This document shows, one piece after another, positions 51,146 through 63,892 of a DNA stretch of 64,000 nucleotides. Below the pieces are notes generated by a model. That model had not been told where the DNA came from. It worked only from the letters and a program-made list of their open reading frames with translations, and did no database searches. Source of the stretch: Phoronis australis (lineage: Eukaryota; Animalia; Phoronida); contig NMRA01000376.1 in assembly GCA_002633005.1 (NCBI GenBank), positions 296,989 through 360,988 of the forward strand, read 5' to 3'. Both the position numbers and the translations under genes were made by a program. Numbering within the stretch: position 1 is the stretch's first letter; the number at the start of each line of letters is the position of its first letter.

Positions 51146-53293
51146 ATCTGAAATAATTTTTGTACTATAAATGTGTGACGTATACGGCTATTCATCTGGC
51201 TGTTTACAGCTATCCGGTTACTACAATGAAATCCCGTGTACAAATCCCGCACGATCATTTGTAACCTACATACTAAACCGTTTCATCTCTATCACATGGC
51301 TGGTAAGCTCGTCTTATCTGTTAATGGCCTAACGTGAAATTGATTCTCCAAAGTCGTTCATCGATGTTAACTCAATTAAACAACGTGATCAAAGATAGAA
51401 ATCTGCGTTGAGGGTCGAAATGTATTTTACAAAAGTGCATATCAAAACTCAAACATTCATATGCTTGCAGTTGATTTTTTAGAAAATTGTAGCCAACTAT
51501 GCATGTTACTATGGCCTATTGTACGAGTTATGTTACCCGGGCCAGACTTTCATTGTTTTTATCTGTTTGTATAAGTTGGGTAAACCGACTTTAAATCTGT
51601 CCCAAACACACACTTTCCAATACTTAGGTGGACCATTTTAACCGCTTTACTTTTCTTACCACATTATTACTAATGCATATTCGAGCAAACGATAAACGGC
51701 ACACAACCTAGGCAGTCTTCTTGAATTACACCGGCGATATTATGGTTATACGTGAAGACTGCTTCAGTGATTTTCAAAGCCAGAACAAATTTTATACTCG
51801 TCGTCCAACCGTGTAAATGAATTGTGTCACAGAAAGAGCTGGTGACTCGAATTAACCACGTTTTCCACGTGGCGGTAACTACGGTTTTAACAATGACATT
51901 GAAAACACAATGCTATCTCGATTTCAATAATTTAAGTTAAATAGTCCCTTGGTTGTTGCGACAAAATGTCATCGCGGTTGTGTTCTTCAGTTTAATGAAA
52001 TGATGTGGATATTAGCTATCTCCACTTACATAAAGTGTAACAACGCCCCAGGAATGGAAAGTTTAATTACTCCCCACAATGGAAGTCTTTCATCATCACG
52101 CTGCTGTTTCAAAATATGTCGCTTTAAGTCGGAAATGTTCACCGATTTTCCAGGTTAAATGATTTAGAACTAAGAATTAATTACAAACCGAGTTTTTACT
52201 CTGACTTGATTGATTTGTTAAGCCTTCGTCGACCACTCTACATCGTGTGAGGGTAAAAATGGACAATTTTATCACGGTTTAGTTTTCCTATTATCAACAT
52301 GCGGCGACTAATCCATTATCAATTTACATTTGGAACGTGAAGCATTTCGCTCGCTGCAAACCAGAGCACAGAAGCGCGTCTAAAGCTAATTTTCAATCGC
52401 TCGAATTTGCAACTGTTACCTAACGGATGGACGTATGTCTAACACAGAACTTCAAACGTTACTTCTCCACTATTTTTAAACAGTTCAAGCTGCCTTTCCG
52501 AGCAAAACGTCCTATCAACTGACTGGCGAGTTTTTGACCTTGTTTATCTTACAAGTCAAGGAAGGCAGCATAATCAATCAAAAGTATGTCAAAGTTTTAT
52601 GTATTTTAATGATTTATCCATGAATGCAATTTTGTTCACCAACACAAAAGTTACTGTAGTATCCAACGGAGAGTGTGAGCCATGTTGATAAAACCTGAAA
52701 TTTTCGACAGCCAAGACTAAGGAACAAACGGCAGGTTGATATTACTGGTAAATAAGACCTAACCGTTTTAATGATTCGCGTAAATGCGGTTGAATGGTCA
52801 CAGAATGCAGACACAGTTCCACCCGCCATATTTTTTTTGTTATTTCAATTCAAACCTTTTTAATAAATATAAAATTTGTGCTTATTTCTTTCTTACAATA
52901 AAAGCACTTATGCCTATTCAACATTTCTCGATTTATTATAATTATATTATATGATATTACATCATATTATATTCATGTATTCTAATATTTAGGCTGTGAT
53001 AATTATTTTCACTAAATTTTATTTTGCACACCTCGTATTATATTTATGTGACCATTGAGATTCTTATACCCAAGATTTTATTTCCTATAATTCTTATATT
53101 TCAATTCTAGCTGCATAGCTCTAAAATTTGCACTTCATTTGTTCGATTCTTAAAGAATAATGGATTTCTTGGTATTTTAAGGAGTGTCAAAAACATCAAT
53201 ATTATTTAAAAAATTAAAACAGAGAATGATGATCACTTGTTGCCCTAAATGTATGCATATCGCTTGCAGTGAAACTTATGAAAGCATAATTAC

Positions 53294-53613
53294 CGTTATT
53301 TTGTTGAGTTGAATCTCTGTCATCTTCATCTTTGTCACTCCCTTCGTCCCCACTTTTATCCGTGTCCTCGCCAGATCGATTCCTGGGCGACCACGTCATC
53401 TTATTCTCTTTCTTCAGACGTCTACGCGCGTTAGCGAACCACGTAGAGACCTGAGTCAGTGTCATTTTCGTAATTATTGCTAACATGATTTTTTCTCCTT
53501 TTGTGGGGTAGGGATTTTTCCTATGTTCATATAACCAGGCTTTTAACGTGCTTGTTGTCTCGCGTGTGGCATTTTTTCGCCGTATTCCACCGTTTAAATC
53601 GACTCCTCCGTAG
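53294..53613 (-). CDS. Irx: Irx coding exon 4: TALE homeodomain plus acidic region
   Basis: Acceptor ttttttgtatttcag, donor G|GTAATT; 320 nt, phase 2-1. Encodes [64 protein letters not shown] (PYP TALE loop, WFANARRR helix 3 diagnostic of Irx) followed by a D/E-rich stretch. Confidence 0.98.
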
Positions 53614-54071
53614 CTGAAATACAAAAAACCGTTACACACATTCAGTTTCAGCAGAAAATATTGACGGGACTTCTGAAACCTAATGAAATTTAAAATAATA
53701 CGTTCACACAAAATGGGCTGTCGACTCAGTTGGAGAAATTCCAAGCAATGCTCACACTACCATCGTGCACAAGCTGGGTCGTTTCAGAAAGCTGGTCAGA
53801 GCGTATGTTAACAGCCGGTTTCAGATTTCTATGCCATGTCGTATCAAACCGAAACCGTCGGTGGGAAGGAATAATAGCCTCGGGCTACTCACAACTGATT
53901 TGAATTAATAATCAAGCATCTCCGCGCGGTCCAGTGGTCTTTGGAGCAGAGGTTAACTCGTTAACCACGTCTGTATCAGTCAGGAAAAGTTCACAAGAGT
54001 TTTGATGTGGAATTGAACGGACACTTGACGTTTAAAAAAGCGGATTCGGGAATTAGTGAAGGTGTCCTCAC

Positions 54072-54184
54072 CTGCTTCCATAGGGATACGCGGCCATGGC
54101 GGCAGCGTCGTACGGATAGCATGCCGTAGGCTGAGCCAGGCCTCGCCAGGATTCAGACGAGTCTTTGAGGTCGTAGGCTGAATT
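54072..54184 (-). CDS. Irx: Irx coding exon 3
   Basis: Acceptor cgtctttcag, donor AG|GTGAGG; 113 nt, phase 0-2. Translation NSAYDLKDSSESWRGLAQPTACYPYDAAAMAAYPYGS has the Irx-typical YDLKD and YPY motifs. Confidence 0.92.
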
Positions 54185-54846
54185 CTGAAAGACGTGGTTT
54201 ACTTACTGATGATGCATGTATATACGAACAGATAATTCGAAGTCAAATCTTTCGTTATCAGTTCATTAAACAATAATAAGCGCGAGGTGTCGTTAAAGCA
54301 AACTCAAGACTTGGTTTTAAGTTGTCGTCTGCACGAGTCATTACTTTTGAATTAATAAACACTCCGGTGAAATCAATGTTTTATGTCCTATCATTATTCG
54401 TAAGTGTGACAATCAGGAGAAGGTGATATTTTAACACCTTGTTAAGTTGTCTCTTATTCGTCTGAATCGTAATAGTCAATTTTGTGTTCGTCAAACGTGA
54501 ATCGCCACTGTTTTGAACACCTGCAACGCTGAAATCTTTCGTACGTAGGACTTAGGAATTGTGGCAGCCATTTTTGTTGAGAGTGAGATTTTCAGCATTG
54601 TGCCACACTGGGTTTTGCAGTTCCAAAAATTCGCATTTTACTCGTGGTTAGTGTCACGTACCTAGTCTACGGAGTGGATGCCTTTACAGATTGATCGCGT
54701 AATGCAATTAAAACAAAATTAATTAAATCATTTAAAGCAAACAATTGTCCCCTTAAAGACTGGCCGACTACTCCTGCCTATATGCATGCATTACGTTAGT
54801 TTAGCCGTGTTTGTTTGTTTCAATATAATTTTGTTCCAAAGCTTAC

Positions 54847-55098
54847 CAACGGATAGAAAGCAGACGGATCAGACCCAAATGCGCCCATGTATCCCTGGGC
54901 AGCGTAAGCGGCCGCAGCGGCTGAGTTGTATACGGTGTCGGAGAGTGAAGGAACTCGAGAAAGACTGAGGAGGTTGGGGGCCCCGTACTGGCAGGAGCAT
55001 ACCGTCTGCCTACCCGTGTGGGGATCAGTCAGTCGGCCTCCTTCACAGCAACACGACTGACTGTTTGTGGTCGATGTTTGCGAGGCCGATATTAAGAG
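54847..55098 (-). CDS. Irx: Irx coding exon 2 (Cys-containing N-terminal Irx motif and poly-Ala)
   Basis: Acceptor tataattttcag, donor TTG|GTAAGC; 252 nt, phase 0-0. Translation LLISASQTSTTNSQSCCCEGGRLTDPHTGRQTVCSCQYGAPNLLSLSRVPSLSDTVYNSAAAAAYAAQGYMGAFGSDPSAFYPL contains the CCE..TDP.TG.TVCSCQY motif and SAFYP typical of Irx proteins. Confidence 0.93.
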
Positions 55099-55262
55099 CT
55101 GAAAATTATAAAATGCTGGAATTAGGACCCATACAGTTGGGCTTGAACGCAGGAATTCATTTACAATGGGATACTACTCAACGATGACCTCAGAATTGTA
55201 TTCTAACGACACAAAAACAGTTTTAATTAATCTGTTTATGTTTTCACATTTTTGTCGCTTAC

Positions 55263-55316
55263 CTGCGGTTGAGAGGACAAGCTAGCCGCGGTGTAACCGA
55301 ACTGTGGGTAAGACAT
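55263..55316 (-). CDS. Irx: Iroquois homeobox gene, coding exon 1 (MSYPQFGYTAASLSSQPQ)
   Basis: Minus-strand ATG at 55316 (ACC ATG context) encodes the typical Irx N-terminus MSYPQFGY. The exon ends in CAG|GTAAG; 54 nt, phase 0. Confidence 0.93.
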
Positions 55317-55542
55317 GGTCCGGGTCCGGAGGCCGACCGATGTTTTTCTAAATTATCCACAAAATTTGTCAACCTCTCAAGGGTATTATTGTAGCTGGTC
55401 CTGCAAAGATCTTTGTCTTACGGCACTTGCAGAGACAGGCAGGAGATCCTTGTTTGAAAAAGCACAACAGAATATACCCTCCAGGGCAGTGCATTGGCAG
55501 AAATAAGAAACAGCACCAAGACCTCACTCTTATCTCGTTTGA

Positions 55543-55568
55543 CATATAGCCTCGCTTTCGCGCCATTT
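55543..55568 (-). promoter_or_regulatory. Candidate Irx proximal promoter elements
   Basis: About 230-250 nt upstream of the ATG: TATA-like GCTATATG (minus strand) next to overlapping E2F-like TTTCGCGCC and YY1-like CGCCATTT in CpG-rich sequence. The TSS is not determinable. Confidence 0.35.
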
Positions 55569-57769
55569 AGAAGCAAGCGTCTCGTGTCAGTTTGCCCAGT
55601 AGCCACGCCTCCAGGCACGCCTTCTGTATAAGAGTCGACAGACTCGAGATATTTTTTCATGGAGAATCAGTTTCATTAAGAACTCGAATTTCTACATTAT
55701 TGCTATTTTTACAGTCCATTGTCCTGAAAAACACTTAGTGTTCTCACAAATGATTTTAATTGCCTAATATTGAGACTTAAAATAGAAAATTGGTCTCTTT
55801 AAAGAGTTCAACCTATATTTTAATTTTCAACTATTGAGATTTACTAGTCAAAGCACTATTATGGCTAGGCAATGAAAGTCGTAATTCATTTTTACCAAGC
55901 TTCAATTAAACGCAATCATCATTAAAATTTTGTTTGATTTTCTTTATCTTTTTTGCGCGAAATGACGTCTTAAAGTGTTGCCGTGTATACCGCGGAAAGC
56001 AAATAGTTTAATTACTGGCGACATATGCTCAGAAAACCTGACATTCTCAACGTGTCATATTGCAGAAAACACCAAAATATTGTGTTCTCAGACCTCTCCC
56101 CCGAGCAAAAACCGTCCTCGGTATTAGTATGCTGCCGAACACAACATCGTTTCGTTATTGTCGTAATTTGTCAGGTTAGCAAATTGACACGGTGTTTCAT
56201 GTAATACTGGAAATGTTGCCTTGCTTGCCCAGCTCAGTGAAGAAAGCTCACGTATGAAAAGTGAAAATTAATCTTCGACGCTTTCTGAAATCTGAACGGA
56301 TTTGCGTTGTATCGGATTATTATTTTGCGTCAGTTATCCATACTTTTTAACACGGCGATAATGAAGACGTGAATTAATCTGAAACATTAATGAAGGATAC
56401 CGTAATTATTTTGGAGCGCTGCTGTGCGACTATTATGCTACCAACTAGAGGATTTATAATGCGTAACTAGTCCTACAAATTAGATTGAGTTAGCTTCGGC
56501 AAATTGCGATGTCTCCTTTTAATTCTATTAATTCTGATTGGGCTATCTTGCCCGGGAAGACAAGTTCAATCGAACAGTCATTGGGAATAAAAATTATCGA
56601 ATTATTATTGTCATGAATGAGTCGCGCGTCATATGATTTATTTTAGGTCGTCTGAATTGTTGCTGTTTTGTTTGAAAATAAAATAAATATCTGGTGATAA
56701 TGTCAAAACCTGTGCTGATAGATGATGAATGGAAAACTAACTAGTTTTATAACTAACAGTATTCTGCAAACGATTTAATGTTGGGAAACGCGTGAAGGAT
56801 TACGTCACTGTAAACTGGGACAGTGATTTCCAAGTCTATCATAATTAATCAAAACATTGATTTGCAAGTTTTGCTTGTTTCATTATAAAACATCTGATAA
56901 GTTATTTTAACTTTCACGCTGTTGTTTATCCGTTAATTACAAAGAGGGGTGGTAAACTGTTCAACCACACTTCCTGGTAAATCGGGGAAAATTTTAACGG
57001 TAAGGGCCTGCCGCTGTCACGTTGAACGACAACGTGACCCAGTTTTTGTATTGCATAAAGTATAAGACGGCTATTTTTGAGGGCTATAATTCAAGTTTCC
57101 GACAGAAAAACTGTTCAAATGAAATTTTGCTTGAAATGACAAAATTGATTTATGTATGTTTCCACGAACGCAATCGTGTCTTAACAGTGGGGAATTGACC
57201 GGGCGATCATCTGTGGAATCATGTTACGGGATTTTTAATAGCTTTTCACTGCTCGTCTTAATTAGCATTTGAAGAGCATCACTACTGAAAAATCCAAATG
57301 TGGCGATGTCGTATTTAGATGTTTTACTGGTGATATTTGCGGCGAATTCAGGAAGCCATAGTGCCGGAACGTGGGCCGGCGCGCTACTGATGCGAGTTGC
57401 TCGTAGTCATTAGTGATGAATTAATTATCACATCTGCATTTGTTATTAAGATTTCCTCCGACGAATGGGATCGCCTGGTATAAATATTATCTCGATTTCT
57501 AGCCTTGTTTTCAACCTGTGCTGCTGCGAGGTGCCACTGAGATCTGTGCGATCCCAAACCTGTCAAACTTGGACCTGATTTTAATAACACACGTTGCTGG
57601 GGTGGATCCGTGGTACGTCTTGGAGTCAATGTCTAAATTACCAAACAACATATTTATGAGTTAGTAAAATTTGTTGGTGCATATAACTTAATCGTAGTAA
57701 TGAGAAATATCTTCCATAAATCGTTGTTTGACATTATACAAGGACACGGCGAGCTACAGTGTAATGTGT

Positions 57770-57837
57770 TTAGAGGGATCCGTCTGTTAAAGGGATCCGT
57801 CTGTTAGAGGGATCCGTCTGTTAGAGGGATCCGTCTG
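57770..57837. repeat. Minisatellite, 4 x 17 bp (TTAGAGGGATCCGTCTG)
   Basis: Four adjacent units with a single substitution in unit 2. Confidence 0.95.
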
Positions 57838-58779
57838 TAACCATTTACATTGTCCATCGCGTCGCTTTACGTCTGACAGGTCTGTGTCAGTTGTTAACAC
57901 ACATCCTAAATAGTTCTGTTGTATATAACCTTAACCACGTATCACCTTATTCAGTGCACAGCTACGCCTTATTTTTCTTGCCATTTTCAATTTACGCTCA
58001 CCAAAATAAAACCTCGTAGGTTAAATTTAAAAAACTGACACGCTCGCGTAATCCTGGGACGTAATCACAGAATCTGATTCTTTGAGGTTCGGCAAGCCAT
58101 CGACTATCTGCGCGTTCTCATTCCCATGTCGACGCTGGGCTTTCCGCTATAGGCTAATGAGTTTTACAGTGGCGTTTGTTTTGTTGATTTTTTCAATATC
58201 TGCTTATAAGGTTGATCATTTGTTTATGTATTTATACACCTAACCACTTGTGGCTCGCTGATGAACTACACATGTTTCACGCGGTCAATGAGATCCGTGC
58301 CCAATGCCAGTCGGGGAATGCGGCTACCTGCCTTGTTATGATGAACGTATTGGCAATGCGCTGGAAGACTTAGGCGTTGAGGGTATACCAGTTGTAAAAG
58401 AGTGGAACGATCTTTTTGTCTTCAGTCAATTGTAATTCGAAATCATTTGACGAAAAGTTGTTACTGTGTATAGTCTCGTATAATACTGGTGGGCGTGCGT
58501 CGCGACCTTTATTACTGGATGAGAATTTTTGGAGAAACATTGCGTGAAAAAATCTTCAAAAACAAAAGTCACTCAACGCGGATGAAGTAACTTAATTCAG
58601 CCAATCCAGATTAAGTTTGGGATATTTACAAGTAATTGTCTGAATGTCCGTTTCGGTGCAAGTCTGAAGTAATGATGAAGTGTTGCTTTGGAAAGAACGT
58701 TGACGTGCCAGTGTAATTTTTGTCAGTTCTCAAGACGGATTTCACAGTTCTGAAGTGTTTTTATCCGTAACAGTACACA

Positions 58780-59164
58780 AGGGAATAATTCCATGATCGC
58801 GCCTTGAAATTCCAGCTAGCACACACCAAACTCGCTGTACAAATCCCCAGACTCGCACCCCTAAACTGAGAATGTTCCATGCATTTTGACCAAACTCCAG
58901 TCCCGGGGTCCAGCTTACATAGCTGCGCCGCTAAATTCGTGGTGCGGGCTAGGAGTGCGATCATGGAATGTGGTCCCCCGGGACTGGAGTTGGGGCACCG
59001 GCTGTGGAGCATTTTTTGGTGTTTGCGTGTGCGTGTGCCTGTGTGTGTAGGGTTTAAGGGTGCGGTTCTGGGGATTTCTACCGCGAGTTTGGTGTCTACA
59101 GGCCGGGGACTAGAGTTTAGGGGATCGTGGCTAGAATTTGGAGGGTCACGCCGGAATTGTTTCT
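58780..59164. mobile_element. GC-rich foldback MITE upstream of Irx
   Basis: ACACCAAACTCGCTGTACAAATCCCCAGACTCGCACCCCTAAAC pairs with GTTTAAGGGTGCGGTTCTGGGGATTTCTACCGCGAGTTTGGTGT. AACTCCAGTCCCGGGG pairs with CCCCGGGACTGGAGTT. Termini GGAATAATTCC / GGAATTGTTTC. Confidence 0.75.
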
Positions 59165-59171
59165 ATACCTG

Positions 59172-59397
59172 GGGCCGGTTCCAAGAAGCTGACTTAAGTT
59201 CATTTTTTACTTAAGTCTAAGATTTGTCTTAACTTCCATTCTTTGAAACTTTCACATCTGGTCAGATAGTTAAAATTAAAATTGAACTCTTATCAAAAAC
59301 TTAATTCAAATTTAGGATCTCTTGCTTAAAACAGTCTCGTGACAAATTTAAGTTTTATCTTAAACTAAAATTTAAGATTTGTCTTAGCTAAGGGCCC
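59172..59397. mobile_element. PIF/Harbinger-type MITE with CTG target-site duplication
   Basis: CTG|GGGCC ... GGCCC|CTG, with an AT-rich interior carrying repeated TAAGATTTGTCTTA. A 3-bp CWG duplication is typical of animal Harbinger MITEs. Confidence 0.7.
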
Positions 59398-62021
59398 CTG
59401 GACATTCACCGCTCTAACGACACCGACACATTTTAGTTATTACTCTTGACGACTATGTAATGCATAAGAGAGCTCAGAGTAAAATTGAGATGCGGAAGTG
59501 GTTTTTCTTATTTAATTTCGTTTGTACATTTGTTCACTGCAGATTAAAATGTGCCTGAAGCTGAACTCAAACTACGAATTGTCCAAGACCAGAGTAAGGT
59601 CTGGCAATTGACAGACTGACAGACATTGCGTCACTTTATATTTCGCTATTGTAGCTATTCAAAAGTGGCTGAGAGGGGGGAGGGTGGGCGGACACCCTGA
59701 ATCCGCGCCTCCTTAGCGCCAAAGGAAGGACATGCACTTGGATTTCTGCGTTTGCAATCTGTTTCGTTCGCGTAATGCGAAACTTATTGTTTTTGCTATA
59801 AACCCGCCTACCGTCAAAAGAACGAACTTTTGACTTGGACTATTTATCACTATGAAATTGCTGTTAACTCCTTCCTTATTCAGAAGACAGTTGATTTCTA
59901 CCTTCTCACTAGTTCTTGACGTCAAGCTAAGTAAAATAGCTTATCACGGCAGGTCACTTTATGAACGTAATCTCAAGCGATTGCATAATGAATTGAAATT
60001 TTTCCAGGCTCAGAAAATGTCACTTCTCATCTAAGTAAAGTTGAGGGTAGTTTTATAGCAGAAAATGGTCCAAAGCTATACGTTAATTTTTTTACCCAAT
60101 GCGGGTGAGTATAGCAGCTTTAACGGTCGACCTTAACTCCATTTAGCTGATAAACTAGTAAATGATGTGATGTCTATCAACAAATCTTGTCTACCACTTT
60201 GAAAATAGTTCGCATATCTTGAATTTTCATTGGATCAAACTCCTAGCGTTTTTACTTCAACGTCACGTGACACGTCACAAAAGTATACTTAGTAGTGATA
60301 AAAAATAATTAACGATTTTCAAATACATACTGGGGTGGGCTGACAAGTGTTTCGTGGAAATTAAGATAAATATACTAGAAAACATGGTTTACACTTACCC
60401 GTCTGTGTGTACTGCGTGTACGTGCGCGTATTTACATTTTGAAAATTTTCAAATTTTGCACGAGTGTGAATGGATACATCTGCTGGTTTTTTGAGGAGTT
60501 TAATGCTTTAGTCATGTTCTCAGCTTTTGTGATGTTCACGTCAAGCCCACAATCGGTTTATGGTGAATCGAGTGTTTCTATTTCCAGTGGGTGATGTGAA
60601 CTTATATAACATGGTGATAAAAATCAGCGAGAAGCAGATCGACTGAAAGGTATAATTATGGACAAGATGTTCGCTAGTTGCTCACGTTCGTGGACGTATG
60701 ACGGTGTGTTCAAGTGACTTAGAACCCCTAAACCGTAAATTACCCGTACTTGTGTGGCACGCCTATCTCCATTGTGACTATAGAACCCGTTTGTTTTTCC
60801 CACATCGTTTTCTGAAAAAGGCCGCTGCAAGCGTCTACTTCTATGTTTTGTTCGCTTGTTTGTCAGCTAGAAGTTCTTCGGTGCCATAACTTAATGAGTG
60901 ACAACCGTCTTTTCTCATCTGAAGGACTAGATTGCTGATCAAGGTGTTAGCATAAATCATCGTATAACGTCAAGGGCTGTAAAGAACGTGAGAGATGAAT
61001 GGTCTAGTGGGTTGTCTGACTGGTGGGACCTAAAATGGGCATTTGTCGCAGTAGAATTTTTTTATAACCTGTATTTCGTCTTAAAATAATTGGAAGAATA
61101 GAAGCGATAGAAGTTCGCGCACTGTTTACTTTTTCTTCATTTTTCTTGTTTTGTTAGTAGTTTAATGACATAGAAAGTTCTTATATTTTCGGCCTGCAAG
61201 AAGAAATGGCTTCTCAAGTGGTAAATCGGAATTCCTCTCTTCCGATTACATCCTTGACGCTGCCGATAACATTTTTTATTTGCAATTTTATTTTATTCAA
61301 CTTCAATTTCAATTGAATTGAGGAAATGACGATGTCCAACACAACATTGTATTGAAGACTATTCATCTTAACCCAATATCGGCGGAAATCCACGAACAGG
61401 TAACAATAGACCGCCAGCGCCATTTGAGTCTAATTGCCTTTTGATCGGCAACACGAGCGCCAGTTCTCAAGGCATGACAACTCATGCCTATTACCATATG
61501 AGGTTAATTATAAGTGGGGAAGTGTGAAAAAAGGAAGCTTGGATGAGCAGGAAGTCCGCGAGAGCCTAACTTGAGTTGACACGTGGGTTGTTTGCGTGGT
61601 TGATACCTCAGTTATTACCGCAGTACATTTCTTATTTTTATTTGCCTTTGTATTAAAAGAAAAAGGGTATAAGAGCGATAAAGATTAGAATATAAATAAA
61701 TTAATCTCAAGCGTGTATACGCGTAGGGACGAGTTTACTCAGACATCTGATTAAGAGATGGTGGTTCCTTGTTTACCGGTAGATGGACTAATTAAAAATG
61801 GGCATCACAATGTTGCCAGTTGAGTTGGTAATGCTTATTGTTCTTGTGGAACATGGAAACTAGAATTAATGTAAAACGTTGCTGGTAGTTCCGACACTTA
61901 CCTCGTGCCTGACTGTCCAACATGGTGAGTGTTTCGTGGCGACCGTCTTGCTTTTTACGAATCAGAATCGGTATCGTATAGGCTCTATAATAAACTATTT
62001 CTAAACCTTTTCGTCTCAAAG

Positions 62022-62028
62022 NNNNNNN
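62022..62028. other. Assembly gap (7 N)
   Basis: Run of n characters. Sequence beyond it may not be at the stated distance. Confidence 0.99.
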
Positions 62029-62644
62029 AGCTGCCTGAGGGTAACTTGAGCGTTGTGGCGATGGGAGGGAAGGGGGGGGGGCTGAAAATGGTGGCGAACC
62101 GGTGAGTGGGTTGCAAACTAAATACGCATGGCGATGGGGTAACCGAATAATGGTCACGAGCGGATGCAGACCACATTACTTGGGACCCCAGACTGTTTAT
62201 AATTTAGGGGCCCCAGAGAATGGGAACTTTAATCCAGCACTACTGATCATGAAAAATGAAAGAAATGGGTTTGGGGGCATTAAAACAACATACGGCTACA
62301 TGGTCAGGATTGTCAACTCGGAAGAAGATTAAACCAAGTCTCCGGTGGAAACTACTATCCATAGAAACAACAAGTGAATAACACGTGACTAGTTATGGTA
62401 ACTTTTGGACCTAACGTATTTAAACAATCTAAATTTGTTCCAAATACATTTTTCAGTGTTTAATGGTGGCAGTTCATTTGCTATTTAAAATGGCAATAGG
62501 GGAAGCTTGAATTTGGCAAAATAATAACATGAAAAAACACCTATATCAATTCAAATGGTGCATCTTTTTTCATTGCTTTTCTTGAAAGCACCGTGTGGCG
62601 TTTGCCTATGCACTTAAATTGGAGTGACCATTGTGTGGAGTAAT

Positions 62645-63144
62645 CCCCGAGCGAGGGGTACTCCTATGGAAGAGGTACAGGACGTGCTATTTAGAAGGGG
62701 GGAGGGGGTTAACTGATAGCTCCTTTGCGAAAGGGCGCCTTTCTGGACATTATTCCCCACGAAAGGGGACTATTTTCGATTTTGTCCCCTAAAACGGTTC
62801 GCTTTGGATTTTCGTAACTATAAATAAACCCTTCCCCTATTACAAAATCCACAGAAGGTTTTTTAATGTTATCTATATTTTTAGAATTTTAGTTGCAAAG
62901 GATGTGCTCATTTTTGATTTTGGCAGCAAGACATATATCTTCTTGTACTGTTCCTGGCTAAACATGGCTGAACCCTTACAAAAGCCGGGTAATGTTTCTA
63001 GAACAAAACTCAAACGCTGGGAGTGACTTTTTCATGGAATCATCCTACCCATGAGTCCCTATTTTCGATACCTCTTCCTAAATGAGTGAGAATCTTAATT
63101 TTCCAACTGTACTCGGATGGGAAATACTGTCGAGTACCCCCGGG
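62645..63144. mobile_element. Non-autonomous element with CCCG..GGGGTACTC / GAGTACCCCCGGG termini (CMC/EnSpm-like)
   Basis: Imperfect inverted termini around a degenerate repetitive interior. The superfamily assignment is inference. Confidence 0.5.
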
Positions 63145-63892
63145 AGGAACCACAGAGAGCAAAAATACGTAATCTAAGCTTCCAAAGCGACTCGGAGCCA
63201 TTAGATAAAATTAAACATCTTATTTGAGCCCATTGAAACCATGAAGCTATCACTGAGTCATCAGTACAAATGTCACATATCATATCATTGTACAAAATGT
63301 GCGATGGGCGACGAAGCGTGACCAAATATTTGTAGACTTCATTTCGCCAGGGTGTCGCGTATCCAACAGCTGTCCTGACCAACTAAACAAGCCATCGCTC
63401 CGGCGTAACTGAACAACCACTTTTTAAACCACTGACGAATTTAACTGACAGAGAACCCAAGCTCACTGACAGCAGGAAAACATTAAAATTTTCGTTCAGT
63501 TAGTTCACACAAATACCATTGAACCTGAACCAGCTTTTGGGTGGTAGACGAGCTAAAAATGTGGTCAGAATACGATACGAGTAAAATGTGTCAACAAAAA
63601 TAAACAGTAGTCCTAACTTTAAATGGAGTTTATAGCCCAACATGGACATACTATTGTCTATTATGTTTCGGTTAACTTGTGTTATTTTATTTTTGTAAGA
63701 GGGAACTCGGGTTTCACAATGTCTTGAAAATGACTAATGCCCGTTTCAATGCGTCGAGCCGGCAGCACAGTTCTGCAGAACGACTCGGCAAACGCTCGAT
63801 AACAAATTACCAGCGTTATGGAAATCTTTGACATTGTTAAAGATGATTTTAGCTGACCTGTTAAAAATCCAAGTTTTATTTCAGACTGCTAT

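Noticed and set aside
53614-53744. N-terminal part of the 176-aa ORF (MEFLQLSRQ...)
   Set aside because: Intron 3 read-through upstream of the true acceptor at 53614-53615. The tail after 53294 is likewise intronic.
57770-57837. Possible CRISPR-like array
   Set aside because: Units are contiguous with no spacers and the context is eukaryotic; it is a minisatellite.
58761-59214. Overlapping 83-aa and 111-aa ORFs
   Set aside because: Lie within a GC-rich palindromic MITE; open by composition.
61792-62332. ORFs around the N gap
   Set aside because: They cross or abut an assembly gap and low-complexity G-runs; no recognisable protein.
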